From NCBI RefSeq assembly GCF_009914755.1, contig NC_060925.1: a stretch of DNA of 64,000 bases, one strand, 5' to 3'. Every line of letters starts with the position of its first letter. Positions within the stretch are counted from its first letter, which is position 1. The stretch is from the human T2T-CHM13v2.0 reference genome, Homo sapiens. Below are positions 47,105 to 64,000 of the stretch, in pieces. The notes beneath the pieces were generated by a model, which saw only the letters and a program-made list of their open reading frames with translations, was not told where the DNA came from and did no database searches. Both the position numbers and the translations under genes were made by a program.

Positions 47105-47639
47105 CTATGATTACCAAAGAGAGGGTTTGCCTTCCTTTGTTCTTTATCAAGGTATTAAAAATTGAGAAAATATTGGACTTTGGGGCGTAGTTTAAACTCC
47201 TTAACTTTTTCTTGCTTCATTCAAAGTGCTATTGGGATCTTTGAGTATACAATGTTCAGAGAATAACAATTTGATAAATACGCATGTCATGTTTGCCTAC
47301 CTTGTCTCTTTCTACCCCTCATCTTCTGAAAAGTTACTTCCTTATAGCTGTCTTCTTCTTCCAAATATCTGAGAAAGTCTTTGAGTTATGTGACATCTAG
47401 AAATCGTATTTATGAGCAGAAGCTTCTTCAAATAATCCATAAGGGAAAACTTATGAAGAGTGAGGAAAAAGACTCCAATTTTCATTACTCTTCATGCACT
47501 CTCTCCTTAATGGTGGTTATGATAACCCTGTTTTTCTTAAATCTCCACTCAGGGTATCATAAAACTTATTTGCATATTTACCTAGTCCCATTGTCTTCCC
47601 TGATAAAATGCTTTAAGCCTTAGATCATACAGTTTGTAT

Positions 47640-48870
47640 TTTGGCATTCACTTCAACTTAATTCCATAAACATTTCTTGACTCTCTCTATAGATAAAGGT
47701 CTAGAGATCGATTTAAGTTCAACACAGAGTCTCCTTCCAAGAAGCTCCAGCTACCAGGGAGACCAACATGAATAAGTGACTATAAAACAAATAAGTGCTA
47801 TGAGAGAAATATGTATAAAAGGGTATGAGAACACACCATTGGGAGCAATTAATAGTGAAATGAGAGGGAGTAAGTCAGGTCAACCTAAAGACAGGTTATT
47901 GATATTTTAGCTGAGCATTAAAATGAGGTCCAAAGTTGATCAGGCAGAGGGAGGAGGACATTCCTGCAGTGAAAAGAGCACCCCAAAAAACACAAGAGAA
48001 TAACACTGGGGACTCCAAGAAAATAAAATAGGTGGGGGAAGGTCTCAGTGACATAAGTGATACGATAATTCAAGTCCAGTTTGAGCTGTCTATATGAATG
48101 CAGGAGCAGTGGAGAGGGAGAAGGAAGACTCTTAAATAACTTATGATATAGAATCAACAGGAATGAGTGATCAGTTGGCGGGCAGAGGGGTAGTAAATAG
48201 AAGAAGGAGTGAAGGATGATGCCCAGAATTCTCCCCTCCCTGGCACTGGGAGGAGGAATGGACTGTGTGTGTATGGACAAACATGCACACACTATGGTTA
48301 TTGTTGCTAATTTTGGAGAATAAGGTTGGCAAGAGGCCGGGTTATGAAGAGAAAAGAAGATGAGTCGTTTTGGACATGTTAAAATGCAAATGCACCTGTG
48401 AGACTTCCAGGTAGATAGAGCAATCCACACTATAGCTAACACGGTTGAGTTCTTACTTTGTGCAAAGTGCTCCACTGAGCGCTCTACTGATTTAATATCA
48501 GAAGCACTTTTGAATATGGAAATGGAGGGATCTGACTAAAAGACTTGGTCTGGATGTAGGCTTGCATCAGAGCGTGGGGTAAGTGGCTCCGAATAGCAAT
48601 GTGATATAAGAACCAAACCTTAGGAAGCACTAACACTGGAGGGCAAAAGGAGATGGAGGAAAAAAAGTCAAATAGGTGGGAAGAGAAAACGAGTTATGAA
48701 AGCCAAGGTGGGACAGAATGTCAAGAAAAGGCAGCGTTTGGCAGTGGGAATGTTGCACAGAGGTGAAATAAAAGATCAAGTCTGATAATTGCCTACAGAA
48801 TTTTACAATTGGGAAGTCATTGCTTACCTTGGTTGAAGTAATTTCATGGTGTAATGGGATTGAAAGCTTC
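47640..48870 (-). mobile_element. L2 LINE fragments
   Basis: Purine-rich decayed L2 segments such as GAGTCGTTTTGGACATGTTAA and GAAGGATGATGCCCAGAATTCT. Confidence 0.6.
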
Positions 48871-50529
48871 GTTGAACTGCCTTTAAATTGAGGAAGAGGG
48901 AAACAAGGAGAGATGAGGGGAGAAACTGATATTTATTGAAACCTGCTGGGAGCCAAGTTCTGTGCCGGCACTTTGCTTACATCTAGCTGCACGTTACAGT
49001 AGTCCGGGATATTAACTGTTGTTCCCTAGTTTCTGACTCCCCATGGTCCTTACTGGCTGTCGAGTGAACTAGAAGATCCTTGCCTCAGGAAGCAGATGAC
49101 AGAGCAGAGAAATGACGAAAGGACCTTTCCTGGCTTTGTAGTTTCAGAAGCCTAGCCCTCAGTGGGAAATAGAAATGACTCTGGGGCTTAAAACAGTAGA
49201 TGAGGGAGAAGATGTGATGCTGTAAGAACAAGGTTTCATGCACATCACCACCACCACCACCACTAGAAAGAATGTCAGTCTAGCAGGAGGAAGAGAGGTT
49301 GGTTCTATTACCTGCCCCATGGGGACAGCACAAGAAAGAGGATGAGTGAACAACCTGACAGGCTTCAGGATTCCCAAAGAAGAGGGAAGTTGTGCTTCCT
49401 TTCCTTAAGGGAGCCTAGATGGAAGGAAGGACCAGATGTAGATATGTCCTGATGGTGAATGAAGGCAGGCCCCTCGGGGCATCCTGGGGCCCAGTGTAAC
49501 CTGGGCAGCAACACAGTAATCCCAGTGTGATCAGGATTTCTGAGTTTGCACAGGATTTAGGACGATTTCTGCGATTCCATGCCCTACAATGGTGCAGGAT
49601 CAGCATCATGGTTCCAGCACACCAGCAAATGGAAATGAGGGGAGAGAGGAACAGATCAGAAGTAACTTTGAGGACAAACAATCAAGGGGCAATCAAGATG
49701 ACCAATATCTCAGAGGACAACAGTATGAACAGACAACCAAGACAAGTAGCCCTTCTCTGTCCAGACAAATTGCTCCCATGCAAGTCACTCTCCCCACTGC
49801 CTTCCCTCCAGAGCATCATCACAATCCCAGGCAGATAGGAACTTTCCAACCACGCAACAAAATGGAGGCTCAAAATAGAAATGGAGTTGAGTTCTAGAAA
49901 TAATGTTACATTTCCTACACACCTGAATTTGGGAAATGAATGATAGCCAGAAAGGGATCCAAGGTGATGAAACTTCTTTTTTAAAAAAAAATTAAGAATG
50001 AAGAGCCGGGCATGGTGTTGCAGCTACTCGGGAGGCTGAGGTGAGAGGATCCTTTGAGACCATAAGTTTGAGGCCAGCCTGGGCAATACAGTGAGACCCC
50101 ATCTCTTTAAAAATTTTTTAAACAATTTTTAAAAAAGAATGAGAGAAACTACATAATATAAATGGGGGAAAAGAAAGAACTAGTTGAGAGGGAGAGCTTG
50201 AAAATGAAGGAAAAATAGGTCACATACTAAGGAATGATTCTGAAGGATATGGGAGGAAAATCAACAGAAAGGGATACACCTTGAAGGGAGGGTGTACACC
50301 TCTGGAACACTAGTGAATGTGAAAAGGATGTGCGTAGATAGAGTTCTGTAGAGGGCTGGGAGAAATGTGACAGGTTTCATGCTTCATGGCATGGAGGAGG
50401 AAGGGCCACGTGGTAATGCTTGTTGGATGCCTGTTGGAAATAATGTAGGATGAAGACGGAACCATAACACAGTTTACTTCCTTGAGCGTTAGGTGGTATA
50501 TGTATTGCATTCGACTTCCTTCATTGAAG

Positions 50530-50975
50530 TTGTGGATGCTGCAGTCACTGCCGGGATCCGCAGCCCCCTCCTTTCAGGATGGAAGCAGCCACTTCACCAG
50601 CTGCTGGAACTGTTGGCCACTGACACTTAAGCCCCTTTTCTAGGAATTGCCATCTACTGAGAGAGCCACTCTACCGCAAATTACACCCCCTTCTCAGTGA
50701 CCATACGGTCTGAAGGTGGAAAGTCCAGCCCCCTTGCCTCAGTTCAGGAGGAGTCCGCTGGCCTATAAAGATGGGCACACTGGGCGTGTCTCTCCCATCC
50801 CCACAGCCCCTACCAGGAGATCAGCTGGGGTCTTTGTTGTGACTGCACAGCACTTTCCCCCTGCCCAATCCTGCCTCCTTCACCCCGGACAGGCATTGAT
50901 TGTGAGAGCACACCCCACAAACTTCCTGCAGTGCTGTCTCCATCCCAGAGTCTGTCTCACTGGGAATCCAACTTG
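50530..50975 (+). mobile_element. LTR16-like ERVL LTR
   Basis: CCCTGCCCAATCCTGCCTCCTTCACCCC...CATCCCAGAGTCTGTCTCACTGGGAATCCAAC. Confidence 0.55.
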
Positions 50976-53900
50976 AGAAAACACATCAACCTTATGACAG
51001 CACAGGTCCCTCGGAATCACCGTCAGTACTGTAGGAAGGAACTCCAGCATGCCTTGGGAAAATCCAAGTTTAAAGAACGAATAGCTGTGTGGTGGGACAA
51101 CCTCCTTTCTTTCTGCCCTCTTGTTTCCATGTGGATGAAAGTTACATTCCTAGCCTGTGTCATCCCTGACTCCCGCCTCACCAGAGACTTATCTGATGGA
51201 GGAGTCCGGGGGAAAGTACTGGGCACTTAGCCCATTCTGGGGTCCCCTGTTTGGAAGACGGGTTGGCCCAAATGCTCCCTCATACCAAAAGAGGCCTGTC
51301 CTGTGGGTGTGGCATGTACTGTTCTGGTTCTAGGGGAAAGTGTTTGCAAGCCCATTTGTCTGTGGGCCTAATACACATCCTCCAATCCAGCTTTTACTAA
51401 TGTCAAGCTGCTATTTTCTTTGCCAGTGTCCATTCTTTTTTGTATTGTATTTCTCAATTGGGATCCAGATTTACAAGGGGGAGAAAGGGTTAGCTATTTA
51501 ATTCTCTGAAACCTTTACTATATAGTACTTTTGGAAGGGAGGGAAAACTGTTTAGTGTTTGGGTGTCTCTTTAGGATAAGAAATAGCAAGTCAAGAGTGA
51601 CAAGGAATGCAAAAAGAAACATCACACGGACAGAAGATAAAGAAAAATACAGTCGTTCCAACATTTAGAAAATATCTCTGAACTCTAGTCCTGTATGCAG
51701 GTAATTCCTGCCTGAGAAGGAGTGGATCACAAATCTACCCAGACCCCCAGCCATTGGATTTAAATCATTGTTCCTTTATTCTCCAAATGTTTGGCTTTGT
51801 TCGAAAGATTCATAAAAAAAACCAAGCGTATTGGCTCTGTTACACAGAAAAACTGCATCAGCTTTTTGCTAAAATCAGTTTTATCATGAAGTTAATTACA
51901 TTTTATTACCAAAAGATAAGTATGCTAAATGAATCCATATATCACAACATCTCTTATAGGTTTGTAGAAGTGATGGTAGGGATGGCACTATTTTTATTAT
52001 GTCTATTTTTAAATTACCTTAATTTGACCTCATTTTACCCCAAATTACTCCTTGAGATGATTTTGCAGGCTGAGCTGAGTCCCAAGTTAAGGATGGCACT
52101 GAAATTTTTCTGTAGCAAGAAGTTAGGTATGATTTGGTTTGTTTTGAGAATAAACAAGATTAAGAAAAATTTACATTTTAGACCAGTCAAGTACTTTAGG
52201 TGTCATCTTTTACAGATTTCACATTTAATATAATTCTACTCCTGACATTAAATTTTATTACTCTACAAACTAGCCAGAAGTAATAAGGTTCTAAGAGCTA
52301 TAAAACACGTATTTGGCTTTTCTCAGCTGTTTGAGGCAATGGTAGAATTTCTGAGGTACCCTTAAGTGTTAATGAAATGAATTCGTAAATCATTTGTTGC
52401 TTGTCAGTCATATTGCTTATCAATAATGCTATTATCAATTTCCTCTAAAGCATGTAGATTTCATACAAAAATGGAAGCTACGTAACTACAATTTTTCACC
52501 TTTTATAATAACATTGTGGGGTGCAGGAAGTGGAGGCACAGAGGGGCCTTCAACTTCTCCAACCTACTGTAACATTCTCTGGCATGTCTGGGATGAGGGA
52601 TGTATGAGATAACAGGAGGGCTCTGCTCTCAGAGGTGATGATGGGTTTGTGCTGAGCTATCGACACTCATACCTGGGCCTCTTGTGATCAATGACACTCA
52701 ATTTGGAGACGGCTGACTGGGGTTAATGGTGCAATCTGTGGCTTTGGAACAGAGTTCTTCTCTATGTGAAACTAATTGGCCCATATGGGGATTAAACTGG
52801 TAACAGTGTCCTCATTTGTCAACCCATCTATTCAGCTTTTGAATCTAGTCGTGTTTGAGGACCGCCCCAAATTCAATCAATGTGTTTTCAAATTGTAACA
52901 TCATGACTTTAGAAAGAGGAAGAGGTAAATTTTTAAATATATCAACCCAAATCACTGTAAGAAAAACTTACAATGGTCTCCATTGTAAGTTAAATAACAA
53001 TTATTCGATTGCCAATTATTCTTAAATGATTATCCCTGTGCCATGGGAAACAACAGGAAGCAAGTCTGTTTCCCATTAGATACCTTATTCCAGAATTACT
53101 TTTAAAATTTTCAAAACATGCCTTCAGACTCCCACCCCTGACTGCCCAATGACTGTTTCAAGGGTTGCCACCTGCAGCTACCCCCAACTCTTTTCCAAAA
53201 CATCAGATTTTAAGATGGAACTCGGTTTTCCCTCACTTGATCTTCCTTTGTTTCTACATTCACCAGAAGCCTTTCTTAAATCCTGATGCCGGAGCGCTTT
53301 TTAAATCCATTTACCAATTACATGATTCATGTCCTGACTTTGAAATAAAAAAAACACACCACTATTTGCCACATCCTTCAATTCAGACTTAAAGGACATA
53401 TCTCGACAATACAACATACTCAAATTCAAAAATTCTTTTTAGATCCATTTACATTTTCTCCCCATTTATTTCATAATTAACCTGATGCTTTTCTCCAATT
53501 CACCCGATACTTAATATCTAACTAATGCATGTAAAAACAAGCCCCAAATTGTGAGTTAAGTGTGCTGTGGTAGAGACTACAACATGGTGGAAATGAAATA
53601 GGAACCCTAGAAAGGCTGGATAATGATGCACCAGGTGACAACATTTATATCCAATAGAAAAGCATCTTCATTACCTAACTCTCCAGTTAGAAGCTATTTT
53701 TCCTTCCAAAAAGACTTTCAAAAGAAGTAATCTTTGAGCAGTCACAGAAACACGGAGCATTTCTCACAAATAATAATAAAGAACCAAACATGAGGAAGTG
53801 GCAGAGAAGCATAGACCAATAAAAAAGTGTGAGATACTAGAAGAGCATCAGCAGAACTTTGACAAAAAGAGAAGAGTTACACAGACTGGACTCCAAACAG

Positions 53901-54115
53901 AGATTATATTTCAGCCCTATTGGCTAAGAGTTTTCTTTTTTTTTAATTTTCAATTTTTTTTAGAGACAGCGTCTGGCTCTGTTGCCCAGGCTGGAGTGCC
54001 GTGGCATGATCATAGTTCACTGCAGCCTCAAACTCCTGAGCTCAGGTGATCCTCCCACCTCAGCCTCCTGAGTAGCTTGGACTACAGGTGTGCACCACCA
54101 CCCTCAGCTAATTAT

Positions 54116-54720
54116 GTTTAAGAGGACGCCCAGACATCTAGTGAGCATTCTTTCTGGATGTGTCTGTAAAGGGGTTTCTGGAAGAGATTAGCATGTCAAT
54201 CAGTAGACTGAGTAAAGCACATACCCTCCCCGGGTGTGGCTGATCATAGTCCCTACCATAGAGGGCCTGAATAAAACAAGAAGTGGAGGAAGGGAGGAAT
54301 CTCTCACTCTGCCTGATGAGCTGGAACTGCCCTTGGTGCTCCAGGTTCCCAGGCCTTCAGACTAGGACTAGAATCTACAGGGGTGTCCAATCTTCTGACT
54401 TCCCTGGGCCACACTGGAAGAAGAATTGTCTTGGGTCACACAGACATAAAATACGCTAACACTAATCATAGCTGATGAGCTAGAAAAAAAAAAGAAAAGA
54501 AAAAAATCTCATAATGCTTTAAGAAAGTTTACGAATTTGTGTTCAGATGCCTTCAAAGCCATCCTGGGCCGCATTCCACCCTCAGGCCGCGGGTTGGACA
54601 AGGTTGATCTACACCATTGGCTCTCTGTTCTCAGGTCTTCAAACTGTACCGCTGGCATTCCTCCGTCTTCAGCTTGCAGAAGGCAAATCATGGGGTATCT
54701 CAGCCTCCATAATCATGTGT
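54116..54720. mobile_element. MLT2 LTR containing a MER30 (54378-54606)
   Basis: MLT2 TGTGTCTGT..GGGGTTTCTGGAAGAGATTAGC; MER30 CAGGGGTGTCCAATCTT...GGGTTGGACAAGGTTG. Confidence 0.75.
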
Positions 54721-54894
54721 TAGTAACTTAGAAAAGAATGCTTTTGTTAGAGTGTGCAACATATTGTGTTTGAATGAGAGAGAACTAATGAGTGAAATAA
54801 TGTACCCACATGACTTTCTTTTTAGTTCTGTATTATTTTTTAAAAATTATGGGATGTAATATTTATGTAGAAAGTATATAAAATGTGTATGTAG

Positions 54895-55518
<624 letters not shown>

Positions 55519-56959
55519 AATCCAATCATTTTAAAGCAAACGCCTATGTAACTATTAATACCACCCAGGTCCAGAAAGCAGCGTAAGCAGAACTCCAGGA
55601 TGCACTGTGCTCTTCCCCAATCATAGCCCCTCTCCCCTCAAGAGTAACCACTACCCACTCCCCCATCTTTGGGATAATCATTTCTTTGGTTCTCATCATG
55701 GTGTTTCCTCTGATGTATCAGTTAATATGTAAGTTTATTTTTTATTTCCTCCTTGTTCTCAATAATATGTATTTAAGTTTCATCTATGTTGTGAGTGGCT
55801 GTATTTTTTCATTTTACTGCTATGTGATATTTTGTTGAATGAATATATCGTGATTATTTTAGGAATTTATTTCATTTAAACTCAAATTTATTGACAAAGA
55901 TTTTATAATACTTCCTTATTTTCTTTTTAATGTCTAAGAATCTGTAATATCCTCTTTTTCATTCCTGATATTGGTTATTAATGCACTCTCTTTCTCCTTC
56001 TCTTTCTCCTGGTTGATTCTCACCAGAGGTTTGTCAATTTTACCAGTGTTTTAAAAAATGCAAATGTGGGGTTAGTTGACTATCTTTATTTTATACTTGT
56101 TTTGTAATTCATTAATTGCTGCTGTCTTTATTATTGTCTTCTACTTTCTTTTATTTTGCTGTTCTTTTTCTAACTTCTTGAGATAGATGAATAGCTTATT
56201 CACTTTCAGCCTTTCTTCTCAAACAATCCTCCAGCCTTGGCCTCCCAAAGTGCTGGGATTACAAGTGTAAGCTACCGTGCCTGCCTTCTTTTTCAATATA
56301 TGGATGTACATCTATACATTTTTCTCTAATAACGTATTTAGTGATGTCTTATATGTTTGAGATGTCATATTTTAATTACCTTTTAGTTCAAAAAAATTTT
56401 TGTGTTATGATTTCTCCTTAGAATTTTATTTCTCAATTCTCCAAAATATGAGAATATACTTTGCACAATTTCAATCCTAAAATTTATTGAGGCTTGCTTT
56501 GTGTCCCAGTCCCAGCTTTTTGTAAATTTTTGTAAATATTCTACGTGTGTGCTTGAAAAGAATATGTATTCTGCAGCTGTTGGGTGTTGTGTTCTATATA
56601 TGTTCATTATAAAATTTTTAAAAAATTATAAGCATATTGTTAAAATTTTTTATATCTTTACTGATCTTTTTTGGTCTCCATAATCTATCAATTACTGAGA
56701 GAGGAATGTTAAAATCTCTCTACTCTGATGTGAATTTGTCTATTTTTCTTGACATTTTGTCAGTTTTTTATTTATGTATTTTAAGGCAATGTTATTAGAA
56801 ACATACAAATTTAGAATTCTTATGGCTTCCTGATGAATTGAACCTTTTATTATTATGAAGCGACCCTCTTTAATAATGCTTTTGACCATAGTATCTATTT
56901 CATCTCATGTTGAAAACTATACACACACATATACACACACGCGCACACACACACACACA

Positions 56960-57300
56960 CAGTCATGTGCCACATAATAACATTTTGGTCAATAATGGAC
57001 CACAGATATGACAGTCATCCCATAAGAGTATAATACTGTATTTTTACTATACCTTTTCTATGTTTAGATACACAAACACTTACCATTATGTTATACCTAC
57101 CAGTAAGCCTATGGTATTCAGCACAGTAACATGCTGTACAGGTTTGCAGCATAGCAGCAATAGGTGTGTAGTAGGCCTAGGTATATAGTAGGCCATACCA
57201 TCTAGGTTTGTGTAAGTACATTCTGTGATGTTTGCACAATGACAAAATTGCCTAATGAAAGATTTCTCAAAATACATCCCTGTCATTAAACAATGCATGA
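56960..57300. mobile_element. Tigger3a/MER7A
   Basis: CAGTCATGTGCCACATAA...TTAAACAATGCATGAG termini. Confidence 0.75.
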
Positions 57301-57437
57301 GTGTATGTGTTCCTGTGTGTTTGTGTGTGCACACGTGTGTGTGTGTGCATAAAAAGAGACAACAGACAGAGCACAACAGAGCTATACACACATATGGTTA
57401 TAAGTATATATATATATACACACATATATACATATAT

Positions 57438-57550
57438 GTATATACATGTAATACACATATATACATATAGGTATATACATGTAATACACATATATACATA
57501 TAGGTATATACATGTAATACACATATATACATATAGGTATATACATGTAA
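57438..57550. repeat. 33-bp minisatellite (~3.4 perfect copies) in a (TA/CA)n tract
   Basis: Unit GTATATACATGTAATACACATATATACATATAG; shows up as an 11-aa period in the ORF track. Confidence 0.9.
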
Positions 57551-59014
57551 TATACATATATATCTGAGTGTGTGTGTATGTATGTGTGACTATGTCAGCT
57601 TTTATTTGGTTAGTATTTACATAGAGCACCCTTTTTTGTCCTTTTATTTTAAACCTTTTTATATACTTATGCTTTGTATGGATTTTTAAAGTGAAGTCTG
57701 AAATTTTTGTCTTTTAACCAGAGGATTTAGTTCATTTACATTTAATATAACAATTGACAAAACTGTGTTTTTAAAAAATCACTATCCTATTTGAGATTTT
57801 CTGTTAATTCTGCCTCCTTTTCCTCTCCTTTTAAAAGAGTTGGTCCTAATTTTCACCTTCACTTTCTGTAGCTTAACAAGCAGCTCATTTGGAAGAAACT
57901 AGCTCAATAAAAGCACATAAAGTTTCTGGAAAATACTATTAGCTGAGTTCCAGAACCCCCTAACCTAAGATCATTTTCTTGACCAGGAAATCTTGACTGT
58001 TAGAGGGCCTCATTGGTGACCCCTGCCTCCTTCCATGTCCCTTATGAATACATAGAATCGCAGAGGACAGGATCCTTCCGCTGGAGCTCTGCTCCTCAGG
58101 CGTGCCTCCCTGTGTGATACTGACAAGTGAGAGCCTGGGTGGTATTTGCAGCTGCTCTCTGCCTTCAAGTTTCCCTAATACACCTGACTTCGCATTTGTG
58201 TCCTGGCCTGTTAGTGGTACATGTGTATGACCCTTAGCCTGACACTGTTCTTACCTTTCTTTTGACTGATTTCTTCTTGTCATTTTCTTTCCTCTATGAA
58301 TTTGGCAACTAATCTCATTGTCTATTATTTTAGTAATGACTTTAGAAATCACAACACACACAATTACACTTTTGAAGCCTAAAGGTAATCAGTACCTTTA
58401 CCCTCTTCCTAGAGTGATGGAAGGGATAAAAACCAACAACAAAAAAATTCTTTTTTGGTCTCCATAATTGTAATGCTTGAACCCTATTATCTCCACACCT
58501 ACCAATTGAATATATTTTTGCAATAGTGTATCTTTAAATATCATTTTTTAAAATCCCCACAAGATATTATTATTAATGTTGATACAGTGACTAATTGTTT
58601 TGTTTATACAAATAGTTACCATTTTCTTTCCTCTCCATTATTTCATGCATCTTGGATCATCCTTCCAGAAGTACCTCCTTTAATAGAGTGCTTCTTAAAC
58701 TATCTGTGGTGAAAGACTTGTCTTTTTTTTCTTTTAATCATCACAGCCTAGTATTTTTTAAAAGTACAATAACATGAATTACTAGAGGAAAAAATTAAAT
58801 GAAAAAAACAAAGACATGCAAAATACAAACCCCACATGTTTATTTTTGGATTCGACAGACATAAAAGTACTCTGTCAAATTGTTGTAAAGTTTTCAGAAT
58901 GCTTCCTTTCAGTTCCTGGACTTCTGTCTTCTGGACTGGGAGCGAACACTCACAGGCTGACATTAATCCATGGACCTGACTTTGAGGAGCACTGCTTAAT
59001 ATTTTTCCTTAGTG

Positions 59015-59390
59015 AAAAGTTTCCCTGAGTTCTGTGAACTGCTCCAGCAAATTAAGAATGCAAGGAGGGGGCTGTGAGAATCCCAATTTATAGCCAGTCA
59101 GAAGAGTAAGTGACAACCTACTACTTATGATTAGCATCTGAATTTGGGGGAAGTCTTGTAGGACTGAGCCCTCAACCTATAGGATGTAATGCTATCTCCA
59201 GGTAGATAGAGTCAGAATTGAATTGAATTAGAGGACACCCAGCTGGTATCCACAGGAGAAGCTATGAAGATTGCTTGGTAGGGAGAAATCTCCGCAGATT
59301 TCGGTGACCGAGGTCACAGAAATATTCCATGTTGATTGTTGAGTGAAAGACTAGGAAAAACACTTTGTGTTTTTTTGTATCACAACAACT
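59015..59390 (+). mobile_element. MER21-type LTR fragment
   Basis: TTTCCCTGAGTTCTGTGAACTGCTCCAGCAAATTAA...GGACTGAGCCCTCAACC...CAGAATTGAATTGAATTAGAGGACACCCAGCTGG. Confidence 0.7.
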
Positions 59391-60275
59391 GGAAACAGGA
59401 ATTCCTGTTACTACTTTGTATTTCGTAGGAGGGTCTCTTGTTCCAGGTTGATTAAGAATTCCTACTTAGAAATACATTCAGAATGTTAATATACATTTTA
59501 TTAAGTTCCAAATTTGTTTTGAGTACAGGAACTCTGAGGCACATGTGTGTATACGTATTTATAAGCATAACAATTTATAGATACATTGTTATATTTGTCT
59601 TATTATTAAATATTATTTTGCCATTTGATAACCCCTTTTCCAGTAGCCCACCTTACATTGGTATAATGTGGAAGAACAGTGTTTTTTACTAAAGATGTTA
59701 ATTACATAATATTTTATGTTTCTCTATTCTTTAGTTAGATCATGGAGTTTAGGACTTGGGCTGCCATGTTACCCTTGTTAACAGTATGCGATATAAAAGA
59801 GATCTAATCCTGTGAGTACAAAATGAGGGAAGTCATAAGAGATTCCTAAGAAGAGAAACTTGAACTGGGGAGAGACTTACTGCATTAAAAATGTATTAAA
59901 TAAGTTAAGGACTCAAGGGATCTATGCTGATGCTAAGTACAAGACTATTCCTGTTGAACAATAGGAAAAAAGGAAATTAGATGTAGCTTGAGATCACTTG
60001 CTCATTAATTTCATCATTGTGTTAAGGAAGAAGAGACTTAGGATTCTTAATTTTTTTTTTTAGAAAAACCTGTTAATAACTGTAAAATGGAATGGATCAG
60101 ACAAAGGATTTGAAAAGTTGAGATTCTGGTTTGTGTCCCAGCTTTGCTATATAAGAGTTATGTGTGAAATTGGGAAAAATATGTAATGAGACTTCGTTGT
60201 AAAATTGAGATAATAATAGTATTTAAATCAATAGTTGTTGTAAAGTTAACATAAGAGACTTGTCAGAAAACTTGG

Positions 60276-60786
60276 TGTGATTGTTAATTTTCTGGGTCAC
60301 AACTGGGCTGAGGAAGGCCCAGAGAGCTGGTAACACATTGTTTCTGGGTGTGTCTGTGAGGATGTTTCTGGAAGACTGAGTAAAGAAAATTGCCCTCACC
60401 AATGTGGGAGAGCATCATTTAATCTGTTGAAAACCCGATAGAACAAAAAGCTGGAGGAAGGACAGATTCACTCTTCTTGAGCTGGGTCATCCATCATCTC
60501 TCGCCCTGGGACATCAGAGTGCTTGGTTCTCAGGCCTTCGGACTCCAGAACTTACACCAGTGCTCCTCTCCTCCACACTCCGCTTCCCCAGCCCTGAAAC
60601 CCCCTTCTCACGCCTTCAGACTTGATTGGGAGGTACACCACCCACTTCCCTGGTTCTCAGGGTCATGGATTTGGACTAAATTACATGACTGGCTTCCCTG
60701 GGTCTCTGGCTTGCAGACAGCAGATTGTGGGACTTCTTGGCCTCCATAATCATGTGGACCAATTCCTCATAATAAATCTCTCTCTG

Positions 60787-60822
<36 letters not shown>

Positions 60823-60950
60823 CACACACACACACACACAAACACATACATTATACATCTTACATATATATGTATATATTATACATTATATATATATATA
60901 TTTTATATCTCCTATTGGTTCTATTTCTCTGGAAAACCTTGGCTACTACA
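60276..60950. mobile_element. MLT2B-type LTR with a compound (TC)(TA)(CA) microsatellite
   Basis: GGGTCTCTGGCTTGCAGACAGCAGATTGTGGGACTTCT..GCCTCCATAATCATGTG...CCTATTGGTTCTATTTCTCTGGAAAACC. Confidence 0.8.
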
Positions 60951-61229
60951 CTTGGTAAACTGTAGAGCAGAATTCTGGGTCACAGTTCCATGACCTTAGT
61001 CTAAAAGGTTTTTTTTTAAGTTTGAATTAGGTGTCGTTTTTTTTAACTTTTAATTTTATTTTTAATTTTTTTTCTGTAGAGATGACATCTTGTTATGTTG
61101 CCCAAGCTGGTCTCAAACTCCTGGCCACAAGCAATCCTCCTGCCTCAGCCCCCCAAAGTGCTGGGATGACAGGTGTGAGCTACCACACCCAGCAAATGTC
61201 ATAGTTTAAAAATTTGAATTTCTAGCTTC

Positions 61230-63830
<2,601 letters not shown>

Positions 63831-63835
63831 GGAGC

Positions 63836-64000
63836 TGATATGGTTTGGCTCTGTGTCCTTACCTAAATCTCATCTTGAATTGTACTCCAATAATTCCCAC
63901 GTGTTGTGGAAGAGACCCAGTGGGTCCTGACCTCAAGTGATCCACCTGCCTCAGCCTCCCAAAGTGCTGGGATTACAGGCATGAGCCACAGCTCCTGGCC
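63836..64000. mobile_element. THE1 LTR start fused to a reverse Alu 5' part
   Basis: TGATATGGTTTGGCTCTGTGTCC... joins at ~63925 directly to TCCTGACCTCAAGTGATCC...GGCC with no Alu tail. Confidence 0.7.

Noticed and set aside
47918-48475. 185-aa minus-strand ORF
   Set aside because: It overlaps decayed L2 sequence and has no recognisable homology or exon structure.
51754-52233. 159-aa AT-rich ORF
   Set aside because: Non-ATG start, F/L/I/K-biased composition typical of random AT-rich frames, and no motif.
52700-52835. tRNA-like or ancient SINE-like stretch (GGGGATTAAACTGG...)
   Set aside because: No cloverleaf. It may be a MamSINE-type relic but is too degenerate to call without a Dfam search.
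57267-57629. 33-bp repeats as a CRISPR-like array, or repetitive ORFs as proteins
   Set aside because: The units are head-to-tail with no spacers, lie in a TA/CA microsatellite and have no cas genes nearby. The ORFs are artefacts of the repeat.

Overview
This is primate (human or great-ape-like) nuclear DNA covering the 5' end of AKT3 on the minus strand. The only host coding sequence I can support is the first coding exon (28257-28414, ATG at 28302, MSDVTIVKEGWVQKR-G). A non-coding exon 1 ends at a GT donor at 39538 inside a ~2.2 kb CpG-island promoter (~38560-40800). Positions 1-28256 are the next AKT3 intron and positions above ~40.8 kb are upstream sequence. Both are dominated by interspersed repeats: a full-length decayed L1PA with a 16-bp TSD (3871-10548), about 25 Alu/FLAM pieces, MaLR LTRs, Tigger/MER DNA transposons, and L2/MIR/CR1 relics. 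I find no novel protein-coding or prokaryote-type system, and nearly all ORF-track entries are repeat or GC artefacts. The most interesting signals are structural: (i) intron 1 is 11,124 bp, which from unverified memory is ~4.4 kb longer than in GRCh38, and two same-orientation AluJs lie ~4.35 kb apart, suggesting an Alu-recombination deletion; (ii) a perfect 75-bp-arm inverted repeat lies inside that segment; (iii) templated-insertion repair scars cluster at 18.85-20.6 kb; (iv) there are candidate alternative AKT3 first exons and regulatory motifs. Repeat subfamily calls and boundaries are by eye and approximate.
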